From: a virus
Taxonomy: Duplodnaviria; Caudoviricetes
Reading direction: 5' to 3' (one strand)
DNA length: 64,000 nt
IMG/VR virus record: IMGVR_UViG_3300032307_000764
Span: 128,001 to 192,000 of that record
In this document: piece by piece, positions 9,446 through 18,108 of the stretch
Layout of the letters: each line of letters opens with the position of its first letter
Position numbering within the stretch: position 1 is the first letter of the stretch
Position numbers and translations under genes: made by a program
Notes under the pieces: generated by a model
The model's input: only the letters and a program-made list of their open reading frames with translations
Database searches by the model: none
Told to the model about the DNA's origin: nothing

Positions 9446-9727
9446 ATGGAGATTTCACAAAAACAATTAAAAGAAGCAATCACTAAAGTTTCTGTCTACA
9501 TAAGAGAAGATAGAGCATACGAAGAACTATTAAAAATAGAAAGCTTTCCTGAGATCTGTAAGAAAATGGCTTACGACCTTTTCGTTAGAGGAATAACCGA
9601 ATCTAATGCTATGCACGATGCTGATGTGTTTACTTCTATAGTGATGATAAGAAAGTACTGTCAGGCATTAGCTAGGGATGGTTTTTTTGAGTTTAAATCG
9701 GATATTTCTGGATATGCAGGACTTTGA
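9446..9727 (+). CDS. Hypothetical protein (start corrected to 9446)
   Basis: Tracked start 9341 lies inside the tmRNA. Confidence 0.65.
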   Translation: MEISQKQLKEAITKVSVYIREDRAYEELLKIESFPEICKKMAYDLFVRGITESNAMHDADVFTSIVMIRKYCQALARDGFFEFKSDISGYAGL

Positions 9728-10064
9728 TAAGGAAGAAGGCAAAACGTACGCTGTACACTTTAAAACACACAAACACGATGTGTATATAGGAAGACCAAGT
9801 AAGTGGGCTAATCCATATACTCATAAAGATCTAGATAAGACTCAAGCTAAGTATCAAGTAGCCACAAGACAGGAAGCTATAAATGGATATGTACACTATC
9901 TTAACGAAAGCGGGTTAATAAAAGAACTTGAAGAATTAAGAGGTAAAGTTTTAGGATGCTGGTGTTGTAAATCCCCTTCTGACGGATCTGAAAAAACATT
10001 AGTGTGTCATGGACAAGTTATAGCTAAGATACTTAATACACCTTCACAGAATAAATTAATATAA
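9714..10064 (+). CDS. DUF4326-family protein
   Basis: DVYIGRPSKWANPY...LRGKVLGCWC; start probably MQDF. Confidence 0.85.
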   Translation: MQDFDKEEGKTYAVHFKTHKHDVYIGRPSKWANPYTHKDLDKTQAKYQVATRQEAINGYVHYLNESGLIKELEELRGKVLGCWCCKSPSDGSEKTLVCHGQVIAKILNTPSQNKLI

Positions 10065-10065
10065 A

Positions 10066-10308
10066 ATGAGTAGATACTTAGTAGAACTAGGAGAAAATAA
10101 AGAATTCGTTTATGGATGGGACCATGCACTTGGTTACTTTTATGAATTATGGGACAACTCACTTGGCGAAGAAGATTATGAAAAAATAGTAGAAGATAAA
10201 TCTTACTTTCTTAGTAAACTAAGTAGAGAGGATATGTTAGAAGCTATGACAAAATATAAGGCCGACGAATTTCATATCATGAAAATGTCTTTAGACTTAC
10301 CATTTTAG
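10066..10308 (+). CDS. Hypothetical protein
   Basis: YGWDHALGYF motif; operon-packed. Confidence 0.7.
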   Translation: MSRYLVELGENKEFVYGWDHALGYFYELWDNSLGEEDYEKIVEDKSYFLSKLSREDMLEAMTKYKADEFHIMKMSLDLPF

Positions 10309-10309
10309 G

Positions 10310-10714
10310 TTACTCCCTTGTTATTTTAAATGATATATTAAGAGTATCGTTGCTTTGCATAAATTCATCGCTTGTTTGTTTACAAAAATAATCAACGATT
10401 TTTATTGCATTGACATTTTTCTGGTCTTCTGATAAAAAAGGTCTAAGATCTAATCCGTAATTAAGATTTGTTTTTAATTTGTATAGGTATTCCTGATATT
10501 TATAAGCATCTAAATAATCCTGTGAATCTTTATTTAGATTACCGAATAGGATATTCAATATAATAGCTTCTAAATCTTGTTCCTCTATTACAAAATCCCC
10601 ATATTGTGTCCATTCGTTATCCAATATATTTTTTAATACATCGATCCTTGATTCTCCTTCTATTTCTAGAGTCATTATTAAATCTCCGGATTCGTAAAAT
10701 TCACATTTATACAT
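10310..10714 (-). CDS. Hypothetical protein
   Basis: 134-aa ORF at end of minus-strand operon. Confidence 0.7.
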   Translation of the reverse strand: MYKCEFYESGDLIMTLEIEGESRIDVLKNILDNEWTQYGDFVIEEQDLEAIILNILFGNLNKDSQDYLDAYKYQEYLYKLKTNLNYGLDLRPFLSEDQKNVNAIKIVDYFCKQTSDEFMQSNDTLNISFKITRE

Positions 10715-10716
10715 GT

Positions 10717-11328
10717 TTATTTTCTTATAAGATATCCTGATAGATTGGAAACTAATTCAGAAACTTCATCTTCTAGATCTTCAGATATGTCTATCTTATG
10801 CTTAACTGTATGAAGCTGTACAAACCCTATTAACTGTCCAGATAATGTTCTTATGGGTGCAGATATTATTTGTAGTATACCTTCCTCCGTTACTTTACCT
10901 CTAATGTAATCTAAAACTGGATCCTCTGCATTTACGTAGAAGAATTCTTGCTCGCTTAAATTTTTCATCAAGGAAGTATGTTCAGTAACAAATACATTTT
11001 GATTGTGTTCCTTAGCTTTAGAAACACCTGGTGAAACTGATTCGAAAGTTTGAGAATATTTTTTCATAGGAACTCCATGAAAGAATTTTCCGCCATTATG
11101 AAATTGGAATATACCAACCCTGTCTAATTTCCACACCTCTCTGAATTGATCTAGAAATTCTTGAACCTCTAGCATCGAATCGACGTCTTGCTGTGATATT
11201 ATTTCGTAATTTTCTTCGTCTTGGGACTTTTTCTTTGAATCCAAATAATGCTTCAACCAAATAGAGCCAAGTGCTACAATTACGGAAAAAATACCAGTTA
11301 TTAAAATCTGTAAAATTTCCAAGTTCAC
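10717..11328 (-). CDS. Single-TM + GAF-like domain protein (T4 T holin-like architecture)
   Basis: N-terminal TM, then RVGIFQFHNGG..., IISAPI..LIGFVQL GAF-like pattern. Confidence 0.45.
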   Translation of the reverse strand: MNLEILQILITGIFSVIVALGSIWLKHYLDSKKKSQDEENYEIISQQDVDSMLEVQEFLDQFREVWKLDRVGIFQFHNGGKFFHGVPMKKYSQTFESVSPGVSKAKEHNQNVFVTEHTSLMKNLSEQEFFYVNAEDPVLDYIRGKVTEEGILQIISAPIRTLSGQLIGFVQLHTVKHKIDISEDLEDEVSELVSNLSGYLIRK

Positions 11329-11340
11329 TTTTTTATGTTT

Positions 11341-11943
11341 TTAATCGTCGAAGCCTCCGAATCGTTTTAATATATTAGCACCTTTACCTAGGTCTTCACC
11401 TTTTAAACTAGGTGGGATCTCAAATTTCTTAACAATCTCTGGATCCTCTTCCATTTTCCTTCTAAGAACATCTTTATAAGTTTCGTTTCCTAAAAGTTCT
11501 TCTTCTGACATAGGAACTCCTTGCTGTCTTAAGATATACTTAATCAAGAATCCCATTTTAAAAAGATAATCTTCAGTAGTCATACAAGCTCTTCTAAGAT
11601 CAGTATTTAATCTAGGGAATTCCGAAGATTTAGAAGGTCCTACAACCACTCTAATACTTCCGTTGTGCATGATGTTATATTGAGGATATCCAGGTTTAGG
11701 AGATTTCATAGATTCGTGTTTAAATGCTATGTTACCTAAACGATCTTTAAAGTATCTTTGTTCTTCAGTACCTTGTGTTTCGATACCGATTGGGTTTTCT
11801 GCGATCATCTCTGTCCAACCCATTGCAACCATATCTTTATAAGCTTCTGATTCTCTGATTGGCTTAAAGCTAAGAACCGGGCATTTTTTAGCTCTTCTAA
11901 CTTCTTGTATTTTTTTGAACTCTGGATAGTTTTTAATACTCAT
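11341..11943 (-). CDS. Hypothetical protein with leader MSIKNYPEF and C-terminal GANILKRFGGF motif
   Basis: Start corrected to 11943; AATATATA motif at 11961-11971. Confidence 0.75.
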   Translation of the reverse strand: MSIKNYPEFKKIQEVRRAKKCPVLSFKPIRESEAYKDMVAMGWTEMIAENPIGIETQGTEEQRYFKDRLGNIAFKHESMKSPKPGYPQYNIMHNGSIRVVVGPSKSSEFPRLNTDLRRACMTTEDYLFKMGFLIKYILRQQGVPMSEEELLGNETYKDVLRRKMEEDPEIVKKFEIPPSLKGEDLGKGANILKRFGGFDD

Positions 11944-12156
11944 TTTTCCTTTGTTTTTCTTATATATATTCTTTCTACTCGCGGACTCCGAGAATTTTTC
12001 AATAGATCGTGAAATTTTTTGGTATCTTGACAGTATATTTAGAGTCCTCAGCAAAAAAACAGTTTTTATGAATTGTTTTTTTGTTCCCTATATATAGAAA
12101 AAGCCGGTTCCTAGGAATCGGTTTTTTTATTTGAGTTTTTTCTATAATATTGCGAT

Positions 12157-12708
12157 ATGTTAAAAGTACACTTTGAAAATTTTAATCACTTCTTGGAGAT
12201 AACTAATCCTCCTTCTAGTGTAACTGATCGTCTAGAGAAGCTTAAGACTCTCAGAGAAAGACCGGATTATCATCCAGAGCCCAATACTTTTGAGCACATC
12301 CGAATAGTGACTGAGAGATTAATGCTCACTGATGACATCGATCTTATATTCGCAGGATGTATGCACGATCTATTTAAGCTTGATACGCTGAGATTAAATC
12401 CTAAAACCGGATTTCCTACTTGTCCTGGACACGATACGCAAGTAGCGAGCTTTATACGAAGTAATAAAGAGGTTCAGGAATGGATGATTAGATATGGAGC
12501 TGATGTTGAAACAGTTGCAGATCTTTGTAAAGACCATATGAGATTTCATCAGTTCGATAGAATGAAAAAATCTAAGCAAGACGAGTTTCAAACAAGACCT
12601 CACTGGGGTAAATTAATATACTTAGGTGCTGCAGATAATATGATAGTTGAATTCGACATAGACAATTTAGAAAAAAGCTGGAAATGGAAAGAAAGAAGTA
12701 CGCTATAA
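12157..12708 (+). CDS. HD-domain phosphohydrolase
   Basis: YHPE..FEH, MHDLFK, GHD, HMRFH, ADN. Confidence 0.8.
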   Translation: MLKVHFENFNHFLEITNPPSSVTDRLEKLKTLRERPDYHPEPNTFEHIRIVTERLMLTDDIDLIFAGCMHDLFKLDTLRLNPKTGFPTCPGHDTQVASFIRSNKEVQEWMIRYGADVETVADLCKDHMRFHQFDRMKKSKQDEFQTRPHWGKLIYLGAADNMIVEFDIDNLEKSWKWKERSTL

Positions 12709-13802
12709 GAACCCTTAACAAGTATGTTAATGAGGGAAAGATAGAGAGAAATCCACATCCAACACTTCCTATCGCTATTTATAACTATACAAGGGAAACT
12801 CAATTTAATAATGATTGGGATGAAATAACCTTGGATATGAGAGGAACAATAATAGACGATAAAGGATATGTTGTTGCTTCTGCTTTCCGTAAGTTTTTTA
12901 ATTATGAGGAAGTAACTGATCAGGTTCCAACTAAAGGGGATTATGTTTATGTTCAAGAAAAAGTCGACGGATCTTTAGGTATACTTTTTTATTACCAGGA
13001 TGAATGGCATCTTGCAACTAAAGGATCTTTTACTTCAGATCAGGCGAAAAAAGGAATGGAAATACTAAGAAAAAACTATCCAGTTTTTGATCGGGTATTT
13101 CATCGACACGTAACTTACATAGTTGAGATCATTTATCCAGATAACAGAATAGTGGTTGACTATAAAAACGAGGAGAAAATAGTTTTCCTGAGCACTTCTG
13201 TTAATGGAGAAGAACAACACTGGACAACATCTTTATCCATATTTAGTAGTAGTGGTATAAAAGAAGAGGATATAGTTAAATGCGAGCAGCACTTCTCTTT
13301 CGGTGAAGATCTGTATAAATCTTTAAAGGGTAAAAATACAAAAAACGAGGAGGGATTTATTCTTAGATTCCAGCCTGGTAATTTCCGAATGAAAATAAAA
13401 TTCGAAGAATATGTTAGATTACATAGGCTTCTTACTAATTTCTCTAATGTTGATATCTGGGAAGCATTAAAGGATGGAAGGGATATAAATGTTCTTCTTG
13501 AAAGAGTTCCTGATGAATTCGATGCATGGGTTAGAAAAACTATATCTGATCTAGAATATCACAAATATAGAATAGAAGAAAGAGCAGGAAAGATCCACGA
13601 GTATTTTAGGTATGGAAAATATGGAGATCGCGAGATCGAGCCTACTAAGAAAGAATTTGCACAGCACTTAGAATTATGTAAAACCGAACCTTCTATAAAA
13701 GCAATATGCTTTTCTATATGGGATGGAAGAAATTACGATAGGATAGTTTGGAGAATGATAAGACCAAAGTATCAGAAGCCTTTCTGGAACAGGGAGGAGT
13801 AG
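12684..13802 (+). CDS. T4 Rnl1/RnlA-type RNA ligase
   Basis: IYNYT, RGTII, RKFFNY, motif I EKVDGSLG, VEII, EEGFIL, RMKIK. Confidence 0.9.
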   Translation: MERKKYAIRTLNKYVNEGKIERNPHPTLPIAIYNYTRETQFNNDWDEITLDMRGTIIDDKGYVVASAFRKFFNYEEVTDQVPTKGDYVYVQEKVDGSLGILFYYQDEWHLATKGSFTSDQAKKGMEILRKNYPVFDRVFHRHVTYIVEIIYPDNRIVVDYKNEEKIVFLSTSVNGEEQHWTTSLSIFSSSGIKEEDIVKCEQHFSFGEDLYKSLKGKNTKNEEGFILRFQPGNFRMKIKFEEYVRLHRLLTNFSNVDIWEALKDGRDINVLLERVPDEFDAWVRKTISDLEYHKYRIEERAGKIHEYFRYGKYGDREIEPTKKEFAQHLELCKTEPSIKAICFSIWDGRNYDRIVWRMIRPKYQKPFWNREE

Positions 13803-13842
13803 TATTTGTAACTTCTTGGAACCCAATGTCTATAATATATGA

Positions 13843-14868
13843 ATGAGAAGAAAGATTATAGACATCTATTGGGAAGAATTCGAAGCTTATTTCAGAAGTA
13901 AATCTGTTAGCCCTGCTATAACTAAGAAATTTATCTCTTCTTTACAATCTCACTCGAAGGATAATGAGGCATCCTTTAAAAAATTCTGGGAATTTATAAA
14001 GATTAACAGATCACTTCCTATAGAAGATTCACTATTAAATCTAAACAAGGAATTACTTTCAAATAAGAAGTACAACAAGACCATGATTTTTGTTTCTGAA
14101 TGGACTCATTCATATCTGGGAGCTGGAGAAATTATGTGTTTGCTCATATCTGAAGATTCTTTCTCCGGAGGTAAAAGAAAACCTGATATACTCTTTAACG
14201 GATCTGATCGAAAAATAGAGGTTAAATCTTACGCAGATAATTTTAGATTGACTGAAGCGACATCCTTCTTTACTGATCTTGGTACTATCATACAAGCTCT
14301 TGTACAAGGAGGATTTCTAGGTAGCTTAACTGATTCCAATAACAATGATCTAAGAAAAGGATTTAGACATTTTTGTGAGTCTTTTCTTTGTCCCCGTGGT
14401 TTTATAGAATTGAACGGTAAGATATGGAAGCTTGAATCTAAAGATGATGAAACGATAGTATTTAAAGCTAGTCCAGAAACCCCACGAGAGGTTGTCAATT
14501 ATTCAATAGTTAGGAATTCACTCAGGAACTGGTTAGGAAGAGGTATGTTAAGTCTCAAACTTGCTGAGATAATTGATCCTACAAGAACATCAAGAATACA
14601 AAAGAGCGAGGTTTATAATTACGTAAACCATATTATAGGAACTGGGGATATACCTCCGATACCTTTAGAGCAATACTTTATTCTTTGCGGATTGGAATCT
14701 ATGATAATATATGAGAGGAAGAATAAAAACCATCCATTTCAGATAGTTAAGTTCAACGAATTAAATCAATTCACATTGGATAGGATAGGACAGGGTAAAG
14801 TTTCTTATAAGAGGAACTTAGGAATCAAACCTAGAAAGAAGGGAAGACCCTCGATCAGTACCATCTAG
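13843..14868 (+). CDS. Putative PD-(D/E)xK nuclease
   Basis: GAGE...KPDIL...KIEVKS. Confidence 0.55.
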   Translation: MRRKIIDIYWEEFEAYFRSKSVSPAITKKFISSLQSHSKDNEASFKKFWEFIKINRSLPIEDSLLNLNKELLSNKKYNKTMIFVSEWTHSYLGAGEIMCLLISEDSFSGGKRKPDILFNGSDRKIEVKSYADNFRLTEATSFFTDLGTIIQALVQGGFLGSLTDSNNNDLRKGFRHFCESFLCPRGFIELNGKIWKLESKDDETIVFKASPETPREVVNYSIVRNSLRNWLGRGMLSLKLAEIIDPTRTSRIQKSEVYNYVNHIIGTGDIPPIPLEQYFILCGLESMIIYERKNKNHPFQIVKFNELNQFTLDRIGQGKVSYKRNLGIKPRKKGRPSISTI

Positions 14869-15663
14869 TTTAATACCTGCTTCTTTTATAGCTTCTTTTA
14901 CTTCATTTACTATGGTATCATAATCTAGATAATATCTAGATTTTTCTATTTTTATTCTTTTTCCTTTTGGATCATTGAAGAAATTAACATATGCTTCCTG
15001 TACGTCTTCAGGATCAGCATTTTTCATCCATTCTACAAAAGCATTTTCAAAAAGTAAACTTGACGATTCCCAATCGTCACCTTTAAATATTAAATTTTCT
15101 ATCCACCAATTTAGGAATCTTGATTGATACGTCCCTTCTTCCGTTAATTCTTCAAAACATAGTCTTATAAGATCCTTTACTGTATCTGAGATCTTCCTTT
15201 TATCACCTTTATAAGATAATGGTATTTTAGCTATCATTTTTAAATGTGAAGGAGATGATACTTTTTCTTTTAAATGATATTCCCCTAATGTTGGCTCTAT
15301 TACAATACCAGTATAAGATGCTTTAGGAGGTTCGGGCTCCAGGAATATTATAAATCTAATTATATTGGGATATGAATTTGATGATCCTAGATTTATTCGA
15401 AGCTGGCTATCGAGAAGATCAGTTACGGTTACTTCCTTAGTAATTCCTATATTAGATCCGGTGAATTTAAAAAATCTTTTAAATGGTGTAGAATCTGTTA
15501 TTTCATTAAACAAACCCATTACATCGTACTTAGTAATTTGTGTATCATCTAAGCTTTCTGAAAAAAATCCAAGATAAGTTGGTTTCGTAGATATCCTAGA
15601 CGCAGAATCTCTTGCGAGTAACCAGTTTTTAAAAGTTTTTATGCGTCTTTTATTCTTTTTCAT
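14818..15663 (-). CDS. Hypothetical protein with C-terminal GSSLLSRF motif
   Basis: GATATATA at 15671-15678. Confidence 0.75.
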   Translation of the reverse strand: MKKNKRRIKTFKNWLLARDSASRISTKPTYLGFFSESLDDTQITKYDVMGLFNEITDSTPFKRFFKFTGSNIGITKEVTVTDLLDSQLRINLGSSNSYPNIIRFIIFLEPEPPKASYTGIVIEPTLGEYHLKEKVSSPSHLKMIAKIPLSYKGDKRKISDTVKDLIRLCFEELTEEGTYQSRFLNWWIENLIFKGDDWESSSLLFENAFVEWMKNADPEDVQEAYVNFFNDPKGKRIKIEKSRYYLDYDTIVNEVKEAIKEAGIKLDGTDRGSSLLSRFDS

Positions 15664-15754
15664 CCTAACCTATATATCTCTACTGTAAAACCTTTTAAAA
15701 CGAAACTTTTGAGCCGGTTTTGAGTATAATTAGTATAATTAAAATTAATAAATT

Positions 15755-15997
15755 ATGAGTACAAAAACAAAAGCAACTCCTAAAGCTACTATGAAAGCTA
15801 AGGTAGTTAAAAAAGCAAAAGCTTCTACTAAAAACACGGTAGCAGTAATCCAATTTACACCACGCGGTCGTAGAATCCGTAAGTATAATTCTATGTCAGA
15901 TGCTATGAGAGCTACTGGTGTTAACACTGGTTCAATCTCTAAAGCAGTTAGAGGTATCTGTCAAACAGCTGGTGGTTTCCGTTGGGCTAACGCTTAA
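15755..15997 (+). CDS. Stand-alone NUMOD1-type HTH with Lys/Ala-rich N-terminal tail
   Basis: VIQFT..G..IRKYNSMSDAMRATGV..GSISKAVRG..TAGGFRW. Confidence 0.8.
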   Translation: MSTKTKATPKATMKAKVVKKAKASTKNTVAVIQFTPRGRRIRKYNSMSDAMRATGVNTGSISKAVRGICQTAGGFRWANA

Positions 15998-16099
15998 TTA
16001 AAAACACTATCTAACTAAAAGGCCCTTAGGGGTCTTTTTTTGTGGAATCATTTTTTTAATCGAATGGATTGTTCTACTTTTGGAAAATAAACAAAAACT

Positions 16100-16573
16100 A
16101 TGGAAGGAAATACTTATTATTTAGAGAGATTAAGAACAAATACAAGGACTGGATATTTATTTGGCAGATTTCAGATCCCTGAGGGTATACCTTTTATATT
16201 TACTGCTTCTACAATTTTCATCTCTGCATTATTGGAATTTATATTTCCTTCATTCTTTATTATCCCAATTATAGCGATCGTAGTTTGCTGGGAGCATTAC
16301 ACTAAAATATATTTTCGTAGTTTCATCTTCGAAGAATGTATTGTGGAAGAGATAATGTTCAAGAATGATCTAGTAAGAAATGGTGTGGATCCTAACTTTC
16401 CTGATGATCCTTTGTATGTAACTGAGGATGATCGTAAAGCTATATTCGAGGAGTGCTTGTATGTTAATCCAGAAGAAAAATTCCTTACTAAAATAAAAAA
16501 CCACTACCGATTTTTAATTTCAGTAGTGGCTCTATTTATTGGATTTTATTTTTTGATTAAAGTCCTTTACTAA
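16100..16573 (+). CDS. Membrane protein
   Basis: Three hydrophobic segments; array-type promoter at 16046. Confidence 0.7.
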   Translation: MEGNTYYLERLRTNTRTGYLFGRFQIPEGIPFIFTASTIFISALLEFIFPSFFIIPIIAIVVCWEHYTKIYFRSFIFEECIVEEIMFKNDLVRNGVDPNFPDDPLYVTEDDRKAIFEECLYVNPEEKFLTKIKNHYRFLISVVALFIGFYFLIKVLY

Positions 16574-17360
16574 CTTTGAACTTATCGTAAGCCATTTTTA
16601 CTTTCATTGGATCCATTGAAAGTTCTCCAGCGATTTTATTAACTGCGATTCTTTCAGCTTTATTGATATCACTAAATACTGGGTTTCTTCTAAGATCCTT
16701 GAATAATAGGAAAACCATTTCTCCTATTCTCATATTGCTTTTCATTTTTTCTGCCCTTTTATCGGATGCAGTTTCTTTTTCTGCTTCTGCAGCATCTCTA
16801 TTTTTAGTAGACATTGCAGGATCTTGGATAATAGATGAAGCAACAACTGCTAAATTTGTAGGGGTTTCAGTTTTGAAGAATTCAAAAGCTTTAAGAATTT
16901 TAGGGTAAATTGCTTCCCCTGCAGTTTCACCAACTCCACTAATTAAGTTTCTGAATTTGTTTGTTGTTCTAGATACTGTTCTTGAAGACTCTAATCCGAT
17001 AGCATCAGCTAAAGCAGGAATAGTTATAACAAAAGCACCTGTATTTTCATCGATAGCTCCGAAATCTCTTAATCCTCTAATAGACATTAAATATTTACCA
17101 GGATCTCCTTCTTCAGCTCCTAAAGCTCTTAAGTAAAGTACTGCCATTTGTTCTTTGCTTAAAATTTGGAAGTCTCTATCTAAAGCTCTTTTTTCTCCAG
17201 CACTTAAGGTTTCTTCTTCATCCCAGAAATCCTGTTCGAATAGAAATGATAGCATTACTAGGTTATTTTCTTTCCAATTTTCAAAAATCGAATTTGCTAT
17301 TTCTTGTTCGTAGTTTTCTGAGGAAAAGCTCTCGAACATTTTAATGTGTTTAGTCTTCAT
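16557..17360 (-). CDS. Hypothetical protein with MKTKHIKMFESF leader
   Basis: GATATATA at 17384-17391. Confidence 0.75.
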   Translation of the reverse strand: MKTKHIKMFESFSSENYEQEIANSIFENWKENNLVMLSFLFEQDFWDEEETLSAGEKRALDRDFQILSKEQMAVLYLRALGAEEGDPGKYLMSIRGLRDFGAIDENTGAFVITIPALADAIGLESSRTVSRTTNKFRNLISGVGETAGEAIYPKILKAFEFFKTETPTNLAVVASSIIQDPAMSTKNRDAAEAEKETASDKRAEKMKSNMRIGEMVFLLFKDLRRNPVFSDINKAERIAVNKIAGELSMDPMKVKMAYDKFKVSKGL

Positions 17361-17597
17361 GAAACTTCTATTTTGTTTTCCTTTATATATCCAAGTTTAA
17401 CATATTATTTTTTTTAGAAAGTTTTAGAAATCATTTTTTTTCATTGAATAGAATCTTCTATATTTGTCTTGTTAATCTAATAAACAAAAAGATGTCCAAT
17501 GGTAAAAATAAAAAAATTAGAAAAAACCAGAAATCATTTTTTTTATCAAAGGGATTAATCTACATTTGTAACGTCTAACAATTAAAAATTAAAAATT

Positions 17598-18044
17598 ATG
17601 AAAACAACTTTTTCAGCTTTAGTTATCGCTTTAGGATTAGCTTTAACATCTTTCTCATCTATCGGTAGTTCACAAACAAGTACTCCGGTAAACAAGAATC
17701 TAGATAAGGTCACGGATTCTATCGCAATCGTATTAAATCAACGATACGGATACGATCTAAAATTAGATCCGGCTCTTAAAAACGGATGTTTGAATTACTT
17801 AAAAGAAGTAAGATCATCTAAGTCTTTAGATCCAGTAGAGGGACAAGGACACATCCACACATCTGCAATGATCCCTCTCGAATACTACGATCAGATCCCT
17901 TATTCGTTCTTTAATGAATTAGTATATGAGTATATCGAAAGACCAGAATTTGGAGATTACTTTAAATTTTATGTACCGACTAAATTTTGGGTAGAAGAAG
18001 TGGTAGTAGGGGATCAATGTTATTTTATCGTAGCAATTGACTAA
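17598..18044 (+). CDS. Secreted protein with signal peptide
   Basis: MKTTFSALVIALGLALTSFS; two tandem promoters at 17428 and 17531. Confidence 0.75.
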   Translation: MKTTFSALVIALGLALTSFSSIGSSQTSTPVNKNLDKVTDSIAIVLNQRYGYDLKLDPALKNGCLNYLKEVRSSKSLDPVEGQGHIHTSAMIPLEYYDQIPYSFFNELVYEYIERPEFGDYFKFYVPTKFWVEEVVVGDQCYFIVAID

Positions 18045-18059
18045 AAAAATATAATTCAT

Positions 18060-18090
18060 AAAAAAATCCGCTCTAGGGCGGATTTTTTTA
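18060..18090. terminator. Bidirectional intrinsic terminator
   Basis: AAAAAATCCGC-TCTAGG-GCGGATTTTTT between convergent genes. Confidence 0.8.
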
Positions 18091-18108
18091 TTGTGTTATT
18101 TTAAGTGG

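Noticed and set aside
15755-15997. Homing endonuclease
   Set aside because: No HNH or GIY-YIG domain is present
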